Assembly (NCBI GenBank): GCA_964469295.1 | Contig: CAYXYJ010000004.1 | Span: forward strand, 17,557 to 81,556 | DNA length: 64,000 bases | Source: an uncultured Candidatus Saccharibacteria bacterium | GTDB lineage: Bacteria; Patescibacteriota; Minisyncoccia; Phycocordibacterales; UBA918 | Direction of reading: 5' to 3' | Shown: positions 46,846 to 56,052 of the stretch, piece by piece | Numbering within the stretch: the first letter of the stretch is position 1 | Layout: each line of letters begins with the position of its first letter | The notes under the pieces: model-generated | Database searches by the model: none | Seen by the model: only the letters and a program-made list of their open reading frames with translations | What the model was told of the DNA's origin: nothing | Position numbers and translations under genes: made by a program

Positions 46846-48570
46846 CTATTCCTCGATTTTGTCAGAAGACGTGGCAATACCTAAATATTCAGGGCGATTG
46901 TCATACATCCAAGTAACCACTTCACCCATAATGCGCGTAGCGCCAAGAGCGTTTGTGCGGGGAGCTTTATCCATCATTAATATAAATGCATATTTCGGCT
47001 TTTCGTACGGCCAAAATCCAGCCGCCCAAGAGTTCACATAAGCGTTCCCGGCTCCAATTTCGGCAGTCCCCGACTTTGCCGCAATCGCTACATACGGTCG
47101 CTCCAAGGCCCGAGCCGTTCCGCCTGGGAACGTCACTGTCTTGCGCATACCTTCGTGAATAATTTGTAGGTACGACGGATTGAGCCCCAAATCAGTGGAG
47201 CTACCCACCTCGCCTTTTACTACATGAGGAGTGAGTAATGTCCCACCGTTGGCCAAGGCAGCGTACGCACGCAACATCTGGAGTGGCGTTACTTGAAATC
47301 CATATTGTCCGATAGAGGTAAAATAGGTATCGCCCAACCGCCAGTCGTCATCAAATGTTTTCAATTTCCATTCTGGGTTCGGCACGACACCAGCTTGTTC
47401 AGTGGCAACATTGGTACCAGTGGTCGTTCCCATCCCAAACAACCGATAATAACGTTCCAGTTTAGTAATACCTAACCCTGGTTGATTACCAAATCCACCG
47501 CCAACAATATAGAAATAAACATTCGATGAAAAAGCGATTGCTTCGCGCATCGTCATCACTCCATGAGCCCGCCAGTCACGAAAAATGGAAGGGTTATCAG
47601 GGTTATAGGGATTTGGCACGACCAACGCACCGGTAGAAATGATTTCTTTATTAGGATCGATAATATGCTCAGCGAGAGCGGCGTACGCTACAAACGGCTT
47701 AACAATTGATCCTGGGGTGTAGACTCCACTCACCACCTTATTCAAAAACGGCAACCGATCATCGGTGTTATACGACGCAATGAGCGATGTATCATCACCA
47801 TCAGCCATTACTTCTGGATCATACGATGGGAAACTCGTCAGTGCGATAATTTCGCCAGTCGTAACATCCATAATAGCGCCCGCCCCACTACGAAATCTGG
47901 CTTGAGCACTTGATGTGGCAATAATTTGGTACATTGCTTCAGACAGTTCGGCATCCACTGATAGATGAAGTTCGCCACCCGGAATCGGAGCCGTTAACGA
48001 TCGTTCACCAATAACATCCCCCAGCGCATCAGCTTCGGTAATCTGTTCACCATTTTGTCCATGTAAGTAATCTTCAAACGCTTTTTCGACACCAGTTCGG
48101 CCAACATATTCAGTGCGAAAATAAAAGCCGTGTTTGTCTTTTTGCGGGTAACTCACATAACCAATTAATTGTCCCAATCCTAACCGATCAGTGTATGCGC
48201 GCACCGGAAAATCATATTCATCAGTAAAATCTGGCTCATTCCAAATGACCATTTCGCCATTCCGGTCATAGACCACGCCTCGTTCCGCAATAATCACTTT
48301 ACGATTCATACTATTGTTATCACTGATTGATCGGTAATTTGATCCGTCAACAATTTGTAGCTCGTAAATTTTTGTTAAAAACCCAATCGCAATCATCGAA
48401 AAAATCACCGCGACACTCATAATATTTCGAAACGCTATTGGTAATTCTCGCCGACCTTCGAGTCGGCCAGTATTAAATGACGGCAAATTTGATACATCCA
48501 TGAGGATTTCATCAAATTCAACAAATGACTTTTTTTTGCGTTTAAAAATATGCCACATGACATTATTCAC
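46846..48570 (-). CDS. mrdA: penicillin-binding protein 2 (elongasome transpeptidase)
   Basis: TM anchor, SIVKP (SxxK), SSN, KSGTA motifs; adjacent to mreBCD. Confidence 0.8.
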   Translation of the reverse strand: MNNVMWHIFKRKKKSFVEFDEILMDVSNLPSFNTGRLEGRRELPIAFRNIMSVAVIFSMIAIGFLTKIYELQIVDGSNYRSISDNNSMNRKVIIAERGVVYDRNGEMVIWNEPDFTDEYDFPVRAYTDRLGLGQLIGYVSYPQKDKHGFYFRTEYVGRTGVEKAFEDYLHGQNGEQITEADALGDVIGERSLTAPIPGGELHLSVDAELSEAMYQIIATSSAQARFRSGAGAIMDVTTGEIIALTSFPSYDPEVMADGDDTSLIASYNTDDRLPFLNKVVSGVYTPGSIVKPFVAYAALAEHIIDPNKEIISTGALVVPNPYNPDNPSIFRDWRAHGVMTMREAIAFSSNVYFYIVGGGFGNQPGLGITKLERYYRLFGMGTTTGTNVATEQAGVVPNPEWKLKTFDDDWRLGDTYFTSIGQYGFQVTPLQMLRAYAALANGGTLLTPHVVKGEVGSSTDLGLNPSYLQIIHEGMRKTVTFPGGTARALERPYVAIAAKSGTAEIGAGNAYVNSWAAGFWPYEKPKYAFILMMDKAPRTNALGATRIMGEVVTWMYDNRPEYLGIATSSDKIEE

Positions 48571-48817
48571 TATAGCGCAGATGTGGTTGTAGCACCATCA
48601 TCACCACATACAGCACCAGAGCACCCATTGTGAGCCACATATCAAACAATGGTCGATCAAAATAAACATCAATAAAAAACGCAATAAAAATTAGAACGCT
48701 GTGCGACACCCGATATTGGTACAGCACCGCAGTCGGGATCAACAACCACCAAATACCATAAAATGCCAGTATCGCACACGCTACGGCTCCGCTCACTTGT
48801 AATAGTATCGTTCGCAT
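48563..48817 (-). CDS. mreD: MreD-like small membrane protein
   Basis: 84-aa polytopic membrane ORF between mreC and mrdA. Confidence 0.4.
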   Translation of the reverse strand: MRTILLQVSGAVACAILAFYGIWWLLIPTAVLYQYRVSHSVLIFIAFFIDVYFDRPLFDMWLTMGALVLYVVMMVLQPHLRYSE

Positions 48818-48820
48818 AAT

Positions 48821-49798
48821 TTATGGCACAACTCCCGGCGCGGTGCCGGTGCTCGTCGCCGCTGGTGCAGTAGTGGTGGCCGTGGTTGAAGCAGTTTCTG
48901 GCGTCACGAGCACTCCGGGCGGTAATGATACGGTAAATAAGTCATCACGAATATCTTTTATCAGTGCTTCGGTGGCGTTATATGACTGCGTGACAATTGG
49001 TTCCCGCGCCACTGACACATATTGCAAACTTTGTAATGATAGCGGGAGTGGGACATACCCATATTGTTCTGGTTGGGTTGGTGACGTTTCAATATCAGTA
49101 ATCACACCATATACACCCGAATCAATGGCCGGCAACACTACGACATCACCGGTATGCAACGGAATACCTTGTGGTACTCTCACCCGCAGCATACCGCCGC
49201 CGATACCTTCTGAGTAGGTATAGATGTTTGGTCCAATCACATATGCTGTAGCCGTGAAATTGGCGGTGGTCACCAACGTCACCAACGCGGTGTTACTGTA
49301 CACGGTAGATACATACCCGATTACTTGATCACTACCCAAAAACACCGCGGCGTTTTCAACTACTCCATCAACACTTCCCTGATCAATCATAAGCACATCA
49401 TAAGGCAAATATGGCGGACGGGCCGCGACCCGAGCAATGATTCGTTCATCAGGAACTGCATCACATAGTTGACGAAACTGATTATTTTCAGCTTGTAATT
49501 TAGCAATCGTGTTGTCACTGGCTTCACAGATAGCGACTTTTGCTTCTAAATCATCAATGCGAGTATCTAATGTTGTGCGATCCCGAAGATAGGTTGGTAA
49601 AGAATTTGATGATTCATTAAACCATACTCGGGCCGTTTCAATCGGCCATAACAAAACGGCCGCAGTACGAGACACGACAACTGGCACAATCAGCCACAAC
49701 AACAGCAGTATCGCTAGTACAGCGATAACAAAAAAGATACGTTTATGAAAGAAGGTTTGGCGAGAGTTCCCCTTCTTTGTCAATGAGTATTTCTTCAT
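48821..49798 (-). CDS. mreC: rod shape-determining protein MreC
   Basis: N-terminal TM and coiled-coil, beta-rich periplasmic domain, Thr/Ala-rich C-terminal tail; synteny with mreB. Confidence 0.6.
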   Translation of the reverse strand: MKKYSLTKKGNSRQTFFHKRIFFVIAVLAILLLLWLIVPVVVSRTAAVLLWPIETARVWFNESSNSLPTYLRDRTTLDTRIDDLEAKVAICEASDNTIAKLQAENNQFRQLCDAVPDERIIARVAARPPYLPYDVLMIDQGSVDGVVENAAVFLGSDQVIGYVSTVYSNTALVTLVTTANFTATAYVIGPNIYTYSEGIGGGMLRVRVPQGIPLHTGDVVVLPAIDSGVYGVITDIETSPTQPEQYGYVPLPLSLQSLQYVSVAREPIVTQSYNATEALIKDIRDDLFTVSLPPGVLVTPETASTTATTTAPAATSTGTAPGVVP

Positions 49799-50819
49799 AT
49801 TGATTTAAATTTTCTACAACAATACCGGCTCCACGAATCACTGTACGAAGTGGATCAGGAACTATAATAACCGGCACTTCAAGCACTTCTTCAAGCAGTT
49901 GCTTTAGTCCGGGAATCAATGCTCCGCCACCGGCAATGTGAATGCCACGTTGCATAATATCAGCCAGGACTTCAGGTGGAGTCTTTTCAAGCACAGATCG
50001 TACTGCTTCTACGATTGTATCAACTTGGGTCGCAATCGCGTCTCGTACATCACTATCAGTGATCGCTACTTCACGCGGCAACCCAGAAATAACATCACGA
50101 CCACGAACAATGTGTTCTTTTCCACCCTCTGGTTCATCAATAGACGCGAGTAAAATTTTGACATCTTCGGCAGTTTTTTCACCAACATAAATTTTAAATT
50201 GGTCACGAATATATGTCATAATGGCCGCGTTTAGATGATCTCCAGCCACTCGTAAATTTTTCGCGACAACAATGCCATTGATCGAAATCACCGCGATGTC
50301 AGTCGTACCGCCACCAATATCAATAATCATGCTACCGACCGCTTTACCGATTGGTAATTTGGCACCAATCGCCGCCGCCATTGGTTCTTCAATTAAAAAC
50401 ACTTCTCGGGCGCCGGCATTACGGGCGGCATCACGCGCCGCGCGCATCTCTACGTTCGTGATCCCTGACGGCACCCCCACTAATACTCGAGGCGCAATCA
50501 ATGTCCGTACCTCATTACGGACTTTATTGATAAGGTAATGCAACATTTCTTCAGTCACTTCAAAATCAAAAATTACCCCGTCAACGAGCGGACGAACAAC
50601 GTCAATATGTCCCGGAGTGCGACCCTGCATCGCACGAGCTTCGTTTCCGACCGCGATTAATTGACCAGTTTTTTTGTTCATTGCGACAATGGTCGGTTCA
50701 TTTAATACAATACCTCGACCTTTAACGTACATGAGGGTATTTGCCGTTCCTAAATCAATGGCCACATCAGTAGAAAAAGACGAAAATATTTTTTGGAAAA
50801 TGGAAGACAACCACTTCAT
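49743..50819 (-). CDS. mreB: rod shape-determining protein MreB
   Basis: actin-fold phosphate motifs IDLGTANT, DIGGGTTD; MreB-length. Confidence 0.9.
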   Translation of the reverse strand: MKWLSSIFQKIFSSFSTDVAIDLGTANTLMYVKGRGIVLNEPTIVAMNKKTGQLIAVGNEARAMQGRTPGHIDVVRPLVDGVIFDFEVTEEMLHYLINKVRNEVRTLIAPRVLVGVPSGITNVEMRAARDAARNAGAREVFLIEEPMAAAIGAKLPIGKAVGSMIIDIGGGTTDIAVISINGIVVAKNLRVAGDHLNAAIMTYIRDQFKIYVGEKTAEDVKILLASIDEPEGGKEHIVRGRDVISGLPREVAITDSDVRDAIATQVDTIVEAVRSVLEKTPPEVLADIMQRGIHIAGGGALIPGLKQLLEEVLEVPVIIVPDPLRTVIRGAGIVVENLNQYEEILIDKEGELSPNLLS

Positions 50820-50822
50820 ACA

Positions 50823-52088
50823 TTACACGTTTTTGATAAATGAAATTACTTCATTGATTGGCAGTGAAGCAACAGCGCCATTAGCGCGTGTCACCACTTC
50901 AACGACTCCGGCTTCTTGAGCTTTTTTACTGGCGATGATTCGATACGGTAGTCCCATTAAATCACTATCGGCGAATTTTTCCCCGGCTCTTGCGTCACGG
51001 TCATCATACAAAACCTCGATATTAGCAGCAAGCAAAGCGTTATATAATTCATCTACCCATTTTTGTACCGATTCGTCTTCCAGATTCAGACCTACCAAAT
51101 GAACCTGATATGGTGCCACACTGGTTGGCCAGACAATGCCTTTATCGTCAGCGAATTTTTCCACAATCACACCAACCAGTCGAGTAATGCCAATACCATA
51201 CGAACCCATCCATACCGGCACATCATTACCAGTAACATCTTTCATTGTTAATCCTAAATCAGTCGCTTTTTGTTGTCCAAAGTTAAAAATGTTACCGACT
51301 TCAGCGGTTGTCACTCGTGTTAATTCTTCTTTTGTAACACCAAGATTTACCAAAATATCGTCATTTAATACTTCTTCATTAATTGCAATGCCTTTTTCGC
51401 GATTGATGTACGTGACGTCTTCACCAGCATCACAAATGGTCTGAAATTCATGACTAAACTTCGTAAAGGCACCGCCAGCAGCAAATGTAATAAACGTATC
51501 ATCCCCGAGACCAAGACGTCTGAAAACATTCATGTATGCCGGTTTAGTACTTTCGTAATACGCAACATGTGTTGCCTCATCAGCGGCAAATGAGTACATG
51601 TCTTTCATGACAAATTCACGACCGCGCATGACACCACTTTTGGCACGCATTTCATTACGAAGTTTGGTTTGAAATTGGTACACAGAAATTGGTAAATCTT
51701 TGTAACTCGCAATGTAATTCTTCATCATTTCTCCAATTGGTTCTTCATGACTCCAGCCAAAACCAACTTCCCCGCCAGCTTTCAATGTCGACTTAAACCA
51801 AACATCAACCACCGCATCATCCCATCGGCCAGTCCTCTCCCATAGCTCTTTGCGTTGAAGTGAAGTCATAATTAACTCTTGTCCGTCAATGGCATCCATT
51901 TCTTCTCGGACAATTTGCTTTATTTTCTCCACCACACGTAAACCAAGGGGTAAATATGCATACACGCCAGCCATTTCTTTGGAAATATATCCCGCCTGCA
52001 ATAACAACTGGGCATTTTTGGCGACTTCGTCGCCAGGCACTTCTTTTCGAGTTTTAGTAAATAGTTTTGATTGACGCATAAAAAGCAA
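50823..52088 (-). CDS. proS: proline--tRNA ligase (short form lacking the INS editing domain)
   Basis: class II aaRS motifs, ProRS N-terminal signature MRQSKLFTKT, C-terminal anticodon-binding domain; 421 aa. Confidence 0.85.
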   Translation of the reverse strand: MLFMRQSKLFTKTRKEVPGDEVAKNAQLLLQAGYISKEMAGVYAYLPLGLRVVEKIKQIVREEMDAIDGQELIMTSLQRKELWERTGRWDDAVVDVWFKSTLKAGGEVGFGWSHEEPIGEMMKNYIASYKDLPISVYQFQTKLRNEMRAKSGVMRGREFVMKDMYSFAADEATHVAYYESTKPAYMNVFRRLGLGDDTFITFAAGGAFTKFSHEFQTICDAGEDVTYINREKGIAINEEVLNDDILVNLGVTKEELTRVTTAEVGNIFNFGQQKATDLGLTMKDVTGNDVPVWMGSYGIGITRLVGVIVEKFADDKGIVWPTSVAPYQVHLVGLNLEDESVQKWVDELYNALLAANIEVLYDDRDARAGEKFADSDLMGLPYRIIASKKAQEAGVVEVVTRANGAVASLPINEVISFIKNV

Positions 52089-52162
52089 CTTACCTCCGGT
52101 AATTTCTCACAGTGTACCACATGGGGCGCCGGTGCGGAAACCGGCATGGGCCGGACCGTACC

Positions 52163-53254
52163 CTACAATAACTTAATAATATCGTTATAGGTCACCACCA
52201 CCATCAAGAGCATGAGTAACACAAACCCAAAGATATTTAGTCTCGTACTCCATACCGGATTAATGGGTCGGCGAGTCACCGTTTCAATCGCAACAAAAAC
52301 CAACCGCCCACCATCAAGCGCCGGGATTGGTAGTAAATTAATTACCGCCAGATTAAACGAAATCACCGCAGTAAAAAACAGCAACGATGACAGACCAAAC
52401 GATGCAGCTTCCCCTACATGTTCAACGATACCAACAGGACCAGCTACTTGAGAAAAATCAGCCGAGCCGGTAATTACGTTACCCAACAAATCAATCAATC
52501 CGACAGTAATCGCTGACAACATGTCAATCGTTTGACGAGACGCTTCGACGACGGCCTCTGGTGCACTGTACTGACGTTCTTCAATTAAAGCCGTTTGCAC
52601 GCCGATAATCGCTCGCTCGGGAGACTCGGCCACTAAACCAGTCTGAGGAGATACCGTTACCGACGCTGTGGTATCATTCCCCTCTGTATACGTTATGGTA
52701 ACCGGGTCGCTCGACATACCAACAAACGTACTGAAAGCCGATGGCGTTAGTGTCGCTAACCGGGTACCGTTGCGTTCGGCGCCAGTGATTGTCGCACCAA
52801 TAGGTAACGCTGCGGCCGGGCTTTCAGGCAAAACATTAGTAATTGTCAGCGTCGCTCGTTCACTCGCCTCATCTTCAGCCACTTGTACTGCTGTACCCAT
52901 AAGCAAAATACTGACAATCAGCAACCAGCCAAAAATCACATTCATTGTCACCCCGGCGATTAACACCAACGCTTGAGCCCATTTTGGTCGAGCATTAAAG
53001 GTACGGTTTTTGTCGCTTTCACTCAGCACTTCTTCTACACTGCCGTTTTCACCAAGAATTTTCACAAATCCACCAATTGGCAAAGCATTTATAGTATAGG
53101 TAGTTTCACCTCGTTTAAATCCCCAGACTTTTGGCGGAAATCCAATGCCGAATTCATCAACCCGCATCCCGGTCCATTTGGCAGTAATGTAATGCCCCCA
53201 CTCATGAACAAGCACCAGAACAAATAAGACCCCAAGAAAAATTATTATTGACAT
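52163..53254 (-). CDS. rseP: RIP zinc metalloprotease (site-2 protease)
   Basis: HEWGHYITAKW HExxH motif in TM1, PDZ domain, LDGG motif in the C-terminal TM. Confidence 0.85.
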   Translation of the reverse strand: MSIIIFLGVLFVLVLVHEWGHYITAKWTGMRVDEFGIGFPPKVWGFKRGETTYTINALPIGGFVKILGENGSVEEVLSESDKNRTFNARPKWAQALVLIAGVTMNVIFGWLLIVSILLMGTAVQVAEDEASERATLTITNVLPESPAAALPIGATITGAERNGTRLATLTPSAFSTFVGMSSDPVTITYTEGNDTTASVTVSPQTGLVAESPERAIIGVQTALIEERQYSAPEAVVEASRQTIDMLSAITVGLIDLLGNVITGSADFSQVAGPVGIVEHVGEAASFGLSSLLFFTAVISFNLAVINLLPIPALDGGRLVFVAIETVTRRPINPVWSTRLNIFGFVLLMLLMVVVTYNDIIKLL

Positions 53255-53266
53255 AGTAATAAATAA

Positions 53267-53809
53267 CTATCGGGAAATTTCGGCTTCTTTAGCGAGAAAA
53301 CGAGCTTCAAGGGTACGGTTGGTAGCATCGACGGCTTTTTGCACCGCTTCTTTAGCAGAAAATTTATCGTCCTGACTCATATCTCCCGCCTTTTCGGCAG
53401 CGTCAACAGCTTTCATGGCGTCGTCACGAACAGCTTTGACTGACACCCTGGCATCTTCAAACTTACCTTTTGCGATTTTAACAATTTGTTGACGTCTTTC
53501 TCCTGTTAGTTCTGGAAAGATAATGCGCACTCCAGCACTATCCGTGACCACTGACAATCCCAAATCAGCGTCGATAATAGCTTTTTCGACCGCTTTTACT
53601 TGTGATTGATCCCATGGCGATATCCGCAATGTTCTGGCATCTTCAATACCAACAGAACCAACCTGATTAAGTGGCATCATGGATCCGTAACTTTCCACCC
53701 GGACACTGTCAAGCAACGCTGGCGTTGCTTGACCAGTACGGATGCCAGTAAATTCTTTTTCAAGCCAAGTAACGACCTCCTCTAGACGTGCAATATATGA
53801 ATCATCCAT
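53267..53809 (-). CDS. frr: ribosome recycling factor
   Basis: full-length RRF-like helical protein. Confidence 0.9.
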   Translation of the reverse strand: MDDSYIARLEEVVTWLEKEFTGIRTGQATPALLDSVRVESYGSMMPLNQVGSVGIEDARTLRISPWDQSQVKAVEKAIIDADLGLSVVTDSAGVRIIFPELTGERRQQIVKIAKGKFEDARVSVKAVRDDAMKAVDAAEKAGDMSQDDKFSAKEAVQKAVDATNRTLEARFLAKEAEISR

Positions 53810-53826
53810 ACGAATATACTAAGAAA

Positions 53827-54474
53827 TTATTGTTTTATTATAGCATTTTTATTACTCAAAGCGACTGGTAACGTCAGCGCAATTTCTTCCCAAATCATTT
53901 TCTTTGAGGCACCACGCAATCGTAGATACTGCAGACAATCTGACAGTGAAGTTAATGCCGACAGTGATAACGATGACGAATAACGATTAAGATAATTGAC
54001 CAGCCCGGTTTCCAGTTGCAAAAAATCCGTGTCTGCTTTTCTTTTAACGATATCAGCAATCATCAATAAGCGTTTGGCCACTCCTGTTTCAAAAAAATCA
54101 TTAAACAGCGACGATGTGTCAGTATTAGCGACCAAAAACTCCACAGTAAATCGAGATAATAGTGTATCTGGTAACTGCGCTATTGATGGCAGCGAAAAAA
54201 TAAATGTGGTTGTGAGAGGCGGTTCTTCTAAAATCTTCAATAATGCTTCAGTCGCTTCGATGGCAATTTTTTGGGTGTGAATGACGATTACTCGCTCTCG
54301 AAACGTTGGGGCCGGTGTCTGGTGCGCTGTTTTAATGATAAAGCGTACATCACTAATAGTGAGTGTAGCAAATGGTAGTGTAAGGATTTCCAATGAAGAA
54401 TCCTCTGTCAAAGCCTTCACTCGATTTATTACCGAAACTCCTTCACCTACCAACAACAACGCATGATGATTCAT
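53827..54474 (-). CDS. holB: DNA polymerase III delta-prime-like subunit (short)
   Basis: HALLL(V)GEG box, ALLKILEEPP and TLLSRF (sensor/SRC) motifs; lacks a canonical Walker A. Confidence 0.55.
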   Translation of the reverse strand: MNHHALLLVGEGVSVINRVKALTEDSSLEILTLPFATLTISDVRFIIKTAHQTPAPTFRERVIVIHTQKIAIEATEALLKILEEPPLTTTFIFSLPSIAQLPDTLLSRFTVEFLVANTDTSSLFNDFFETGVAKRLLMIADIVKRKADTDFLQLETGLVNYLNRYSSSLSLSALTSLSDCLQYLRLRGASKKMIWEEIALTLPVALSNKNAIIKQ

Positions 54475-54481
54475 GCCGGTA

Positions 54482-55960
54482 TTATGAACTGCGCTTTTTT
54501 ATTTGCAACTCGAGAATATGATGAATGACGCGACGTAAATAATGCTCAAAGTTTTCATTTTTGTCGTAAATAATTCCTTGTTCGTATCGCCACCCATTCA
54601 TATAATCAGTAATACTTTGCTTTATTTCTGCTGTAGCGCCTTCAAACCGCCCAGATAAAATAACCGGAATTTGTAAATCAGCTAACTTTAAGAATAGTGG
54701 ATGTTGACGACCGCGCGGGCCAGTACCAAACATTCCACTTTTCTTAAATAATGACCACTCGGATAATAATTGCTGCAATCCATTATCAACATCAGTGTCA
54801 TAGAGCGGATCGACCGCGCCGTTTGCCGATCGTAATTCGGCTTCGGTCGGTAAATCTTTTGGTGTTCGTAATGCGGTAGCGGTCGCCACTGGAGCAATTG
54901 GCATTGAATAACGGCTACTTGAAATAGCAATCGGTGATTCTGCGGTATCGGCAGCAACAATTGGCAATGCAGTTTGTGTGATTGGTGATGCAGTAATCAC
55001 TGGTTGTACTAATGCGGAATCAGTGCCGTCTGCAATCACCATGGGTTTCACTGTCGATGTTGCTACTGGCATTTCAATTGACACAACCGGCGTATCAGGG
55101 ATTGCAGTTGGAGTCACTATAGATGGCTCACTATTGTGACTATCAAGCGTACCATTTACCGTTGGAGTACCGACGGTTTTGGTTAACGCATCAATCCGAC
55201 TCGCTATTGTCCGTAATGTTTGCATCGCCGGTTGTGGCGCCTGATCTCCACCGGAAACGGCTTTCATCGCATCAAGCAGTGCCGACATATACGCTCGCCC
55301 AATTTCATTATCTCGCTCAACTAAATGAACCGGGTTACCAAAGGCGGTGTTCACCCGTTGTTTAATCGCCGCAATTTCTGATCGCATTGCGTCAAGGGTA
55401 GTCTCATTAGTCGTGCCGTCAAATGATGGCGCGCTGGGGACTTTTTTTATGGTTGGCAACTTCGGTTCAATGCGAACCGGAATATCATTGCTCGTACTCG
55501 TAATGCTTTCATCAGAAACTGACGTAGTAATTGCGGTCTTGATCTCTTCTTTGGCTACCGATTGTAGCTCACGGGCAACTTTAATACCAAATTGTGGTGT
55601 AGAACGACCGTTGGTAAACCGAGCCGTATCACGCTCTACAGAAATTTGCACTGGAGTTGTCGTAACAGCAACATCATTAAGGACTGGACGAACAGTAGCA
55701 AAATCGGCTGGCGTATGCGGTGGCACTGGCGTGGCAGTTTCTGCAGTTGATTTTGTTTGAAGTGGTAGTAACCGCTTTTCAATTTCAATACGCAATTGTT
55801 CGTCTCCCCCGCTATTTGTATACGCAAACACCAAATCACGTAGTGCCCGCTGATCTTTTTTTGAGACAACATGCGTACGAATAAAACCCAATATTGTCGC
55901 CACACCATTAGTGCTACGAAAATCAAAACGTCCATCCGAAGAACTCACTCCCGAACTCAT
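54482..55960 (-). CDS. hypothetical protein (492 aa) with Thr/Pro/Ala-rich low-complexity middle region
   Basis: ORF only. Confidence 0.35.
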   Translation of the reverse strand: MSSGVSSSDGRFDFRSTNGVATILGFIRTHVVSKKDQRALRDLVFAYTNSGGDEQLRIEIEKRLLPLQTKSTAETATPVPPHTPADFATVRPVLNDVAVTTTPVQISVERDTARFTNGRSTPQFGIKVARELQSVAKEEIKTAITTSVSDESITSTSNDIPVRIEPKLPTIKKVPSAPSFDGTTNETTLDAMRSEIAAIKQRVNTAFGNPVHLVERDNEIGRAYMSALLDAMKAVSGGDQAPQPAMQTLRTIASRIDALTKTVGTPTVNGTLDSHNSEPSIVTPTAIPDTPVVSIEMPVATSTVKPMVIADGTDSALVQPVITASPITQTALPIVAADTAESPIAISSSRYSMPIAPVATATALRTPKDLPTEAELRSANGAVDPLYDTDVDNGLQQLLSEWSLFKKSGMFGTGPRGRQHPLFLKLADLQIPVILSGRFEGATAEIKQSITDYMNGWRYEQGIIYDKNENFEHYLRRVIHHILELQIKKRSS

Positions 55961-56052
55961 ATATCTTACATAGTATCATCACTTTCCTCATCTAAAGCAG
56001 ACAACCATCACAATCTGTGAATTACATGAAGTCCATCCTCGCAGTATCATTA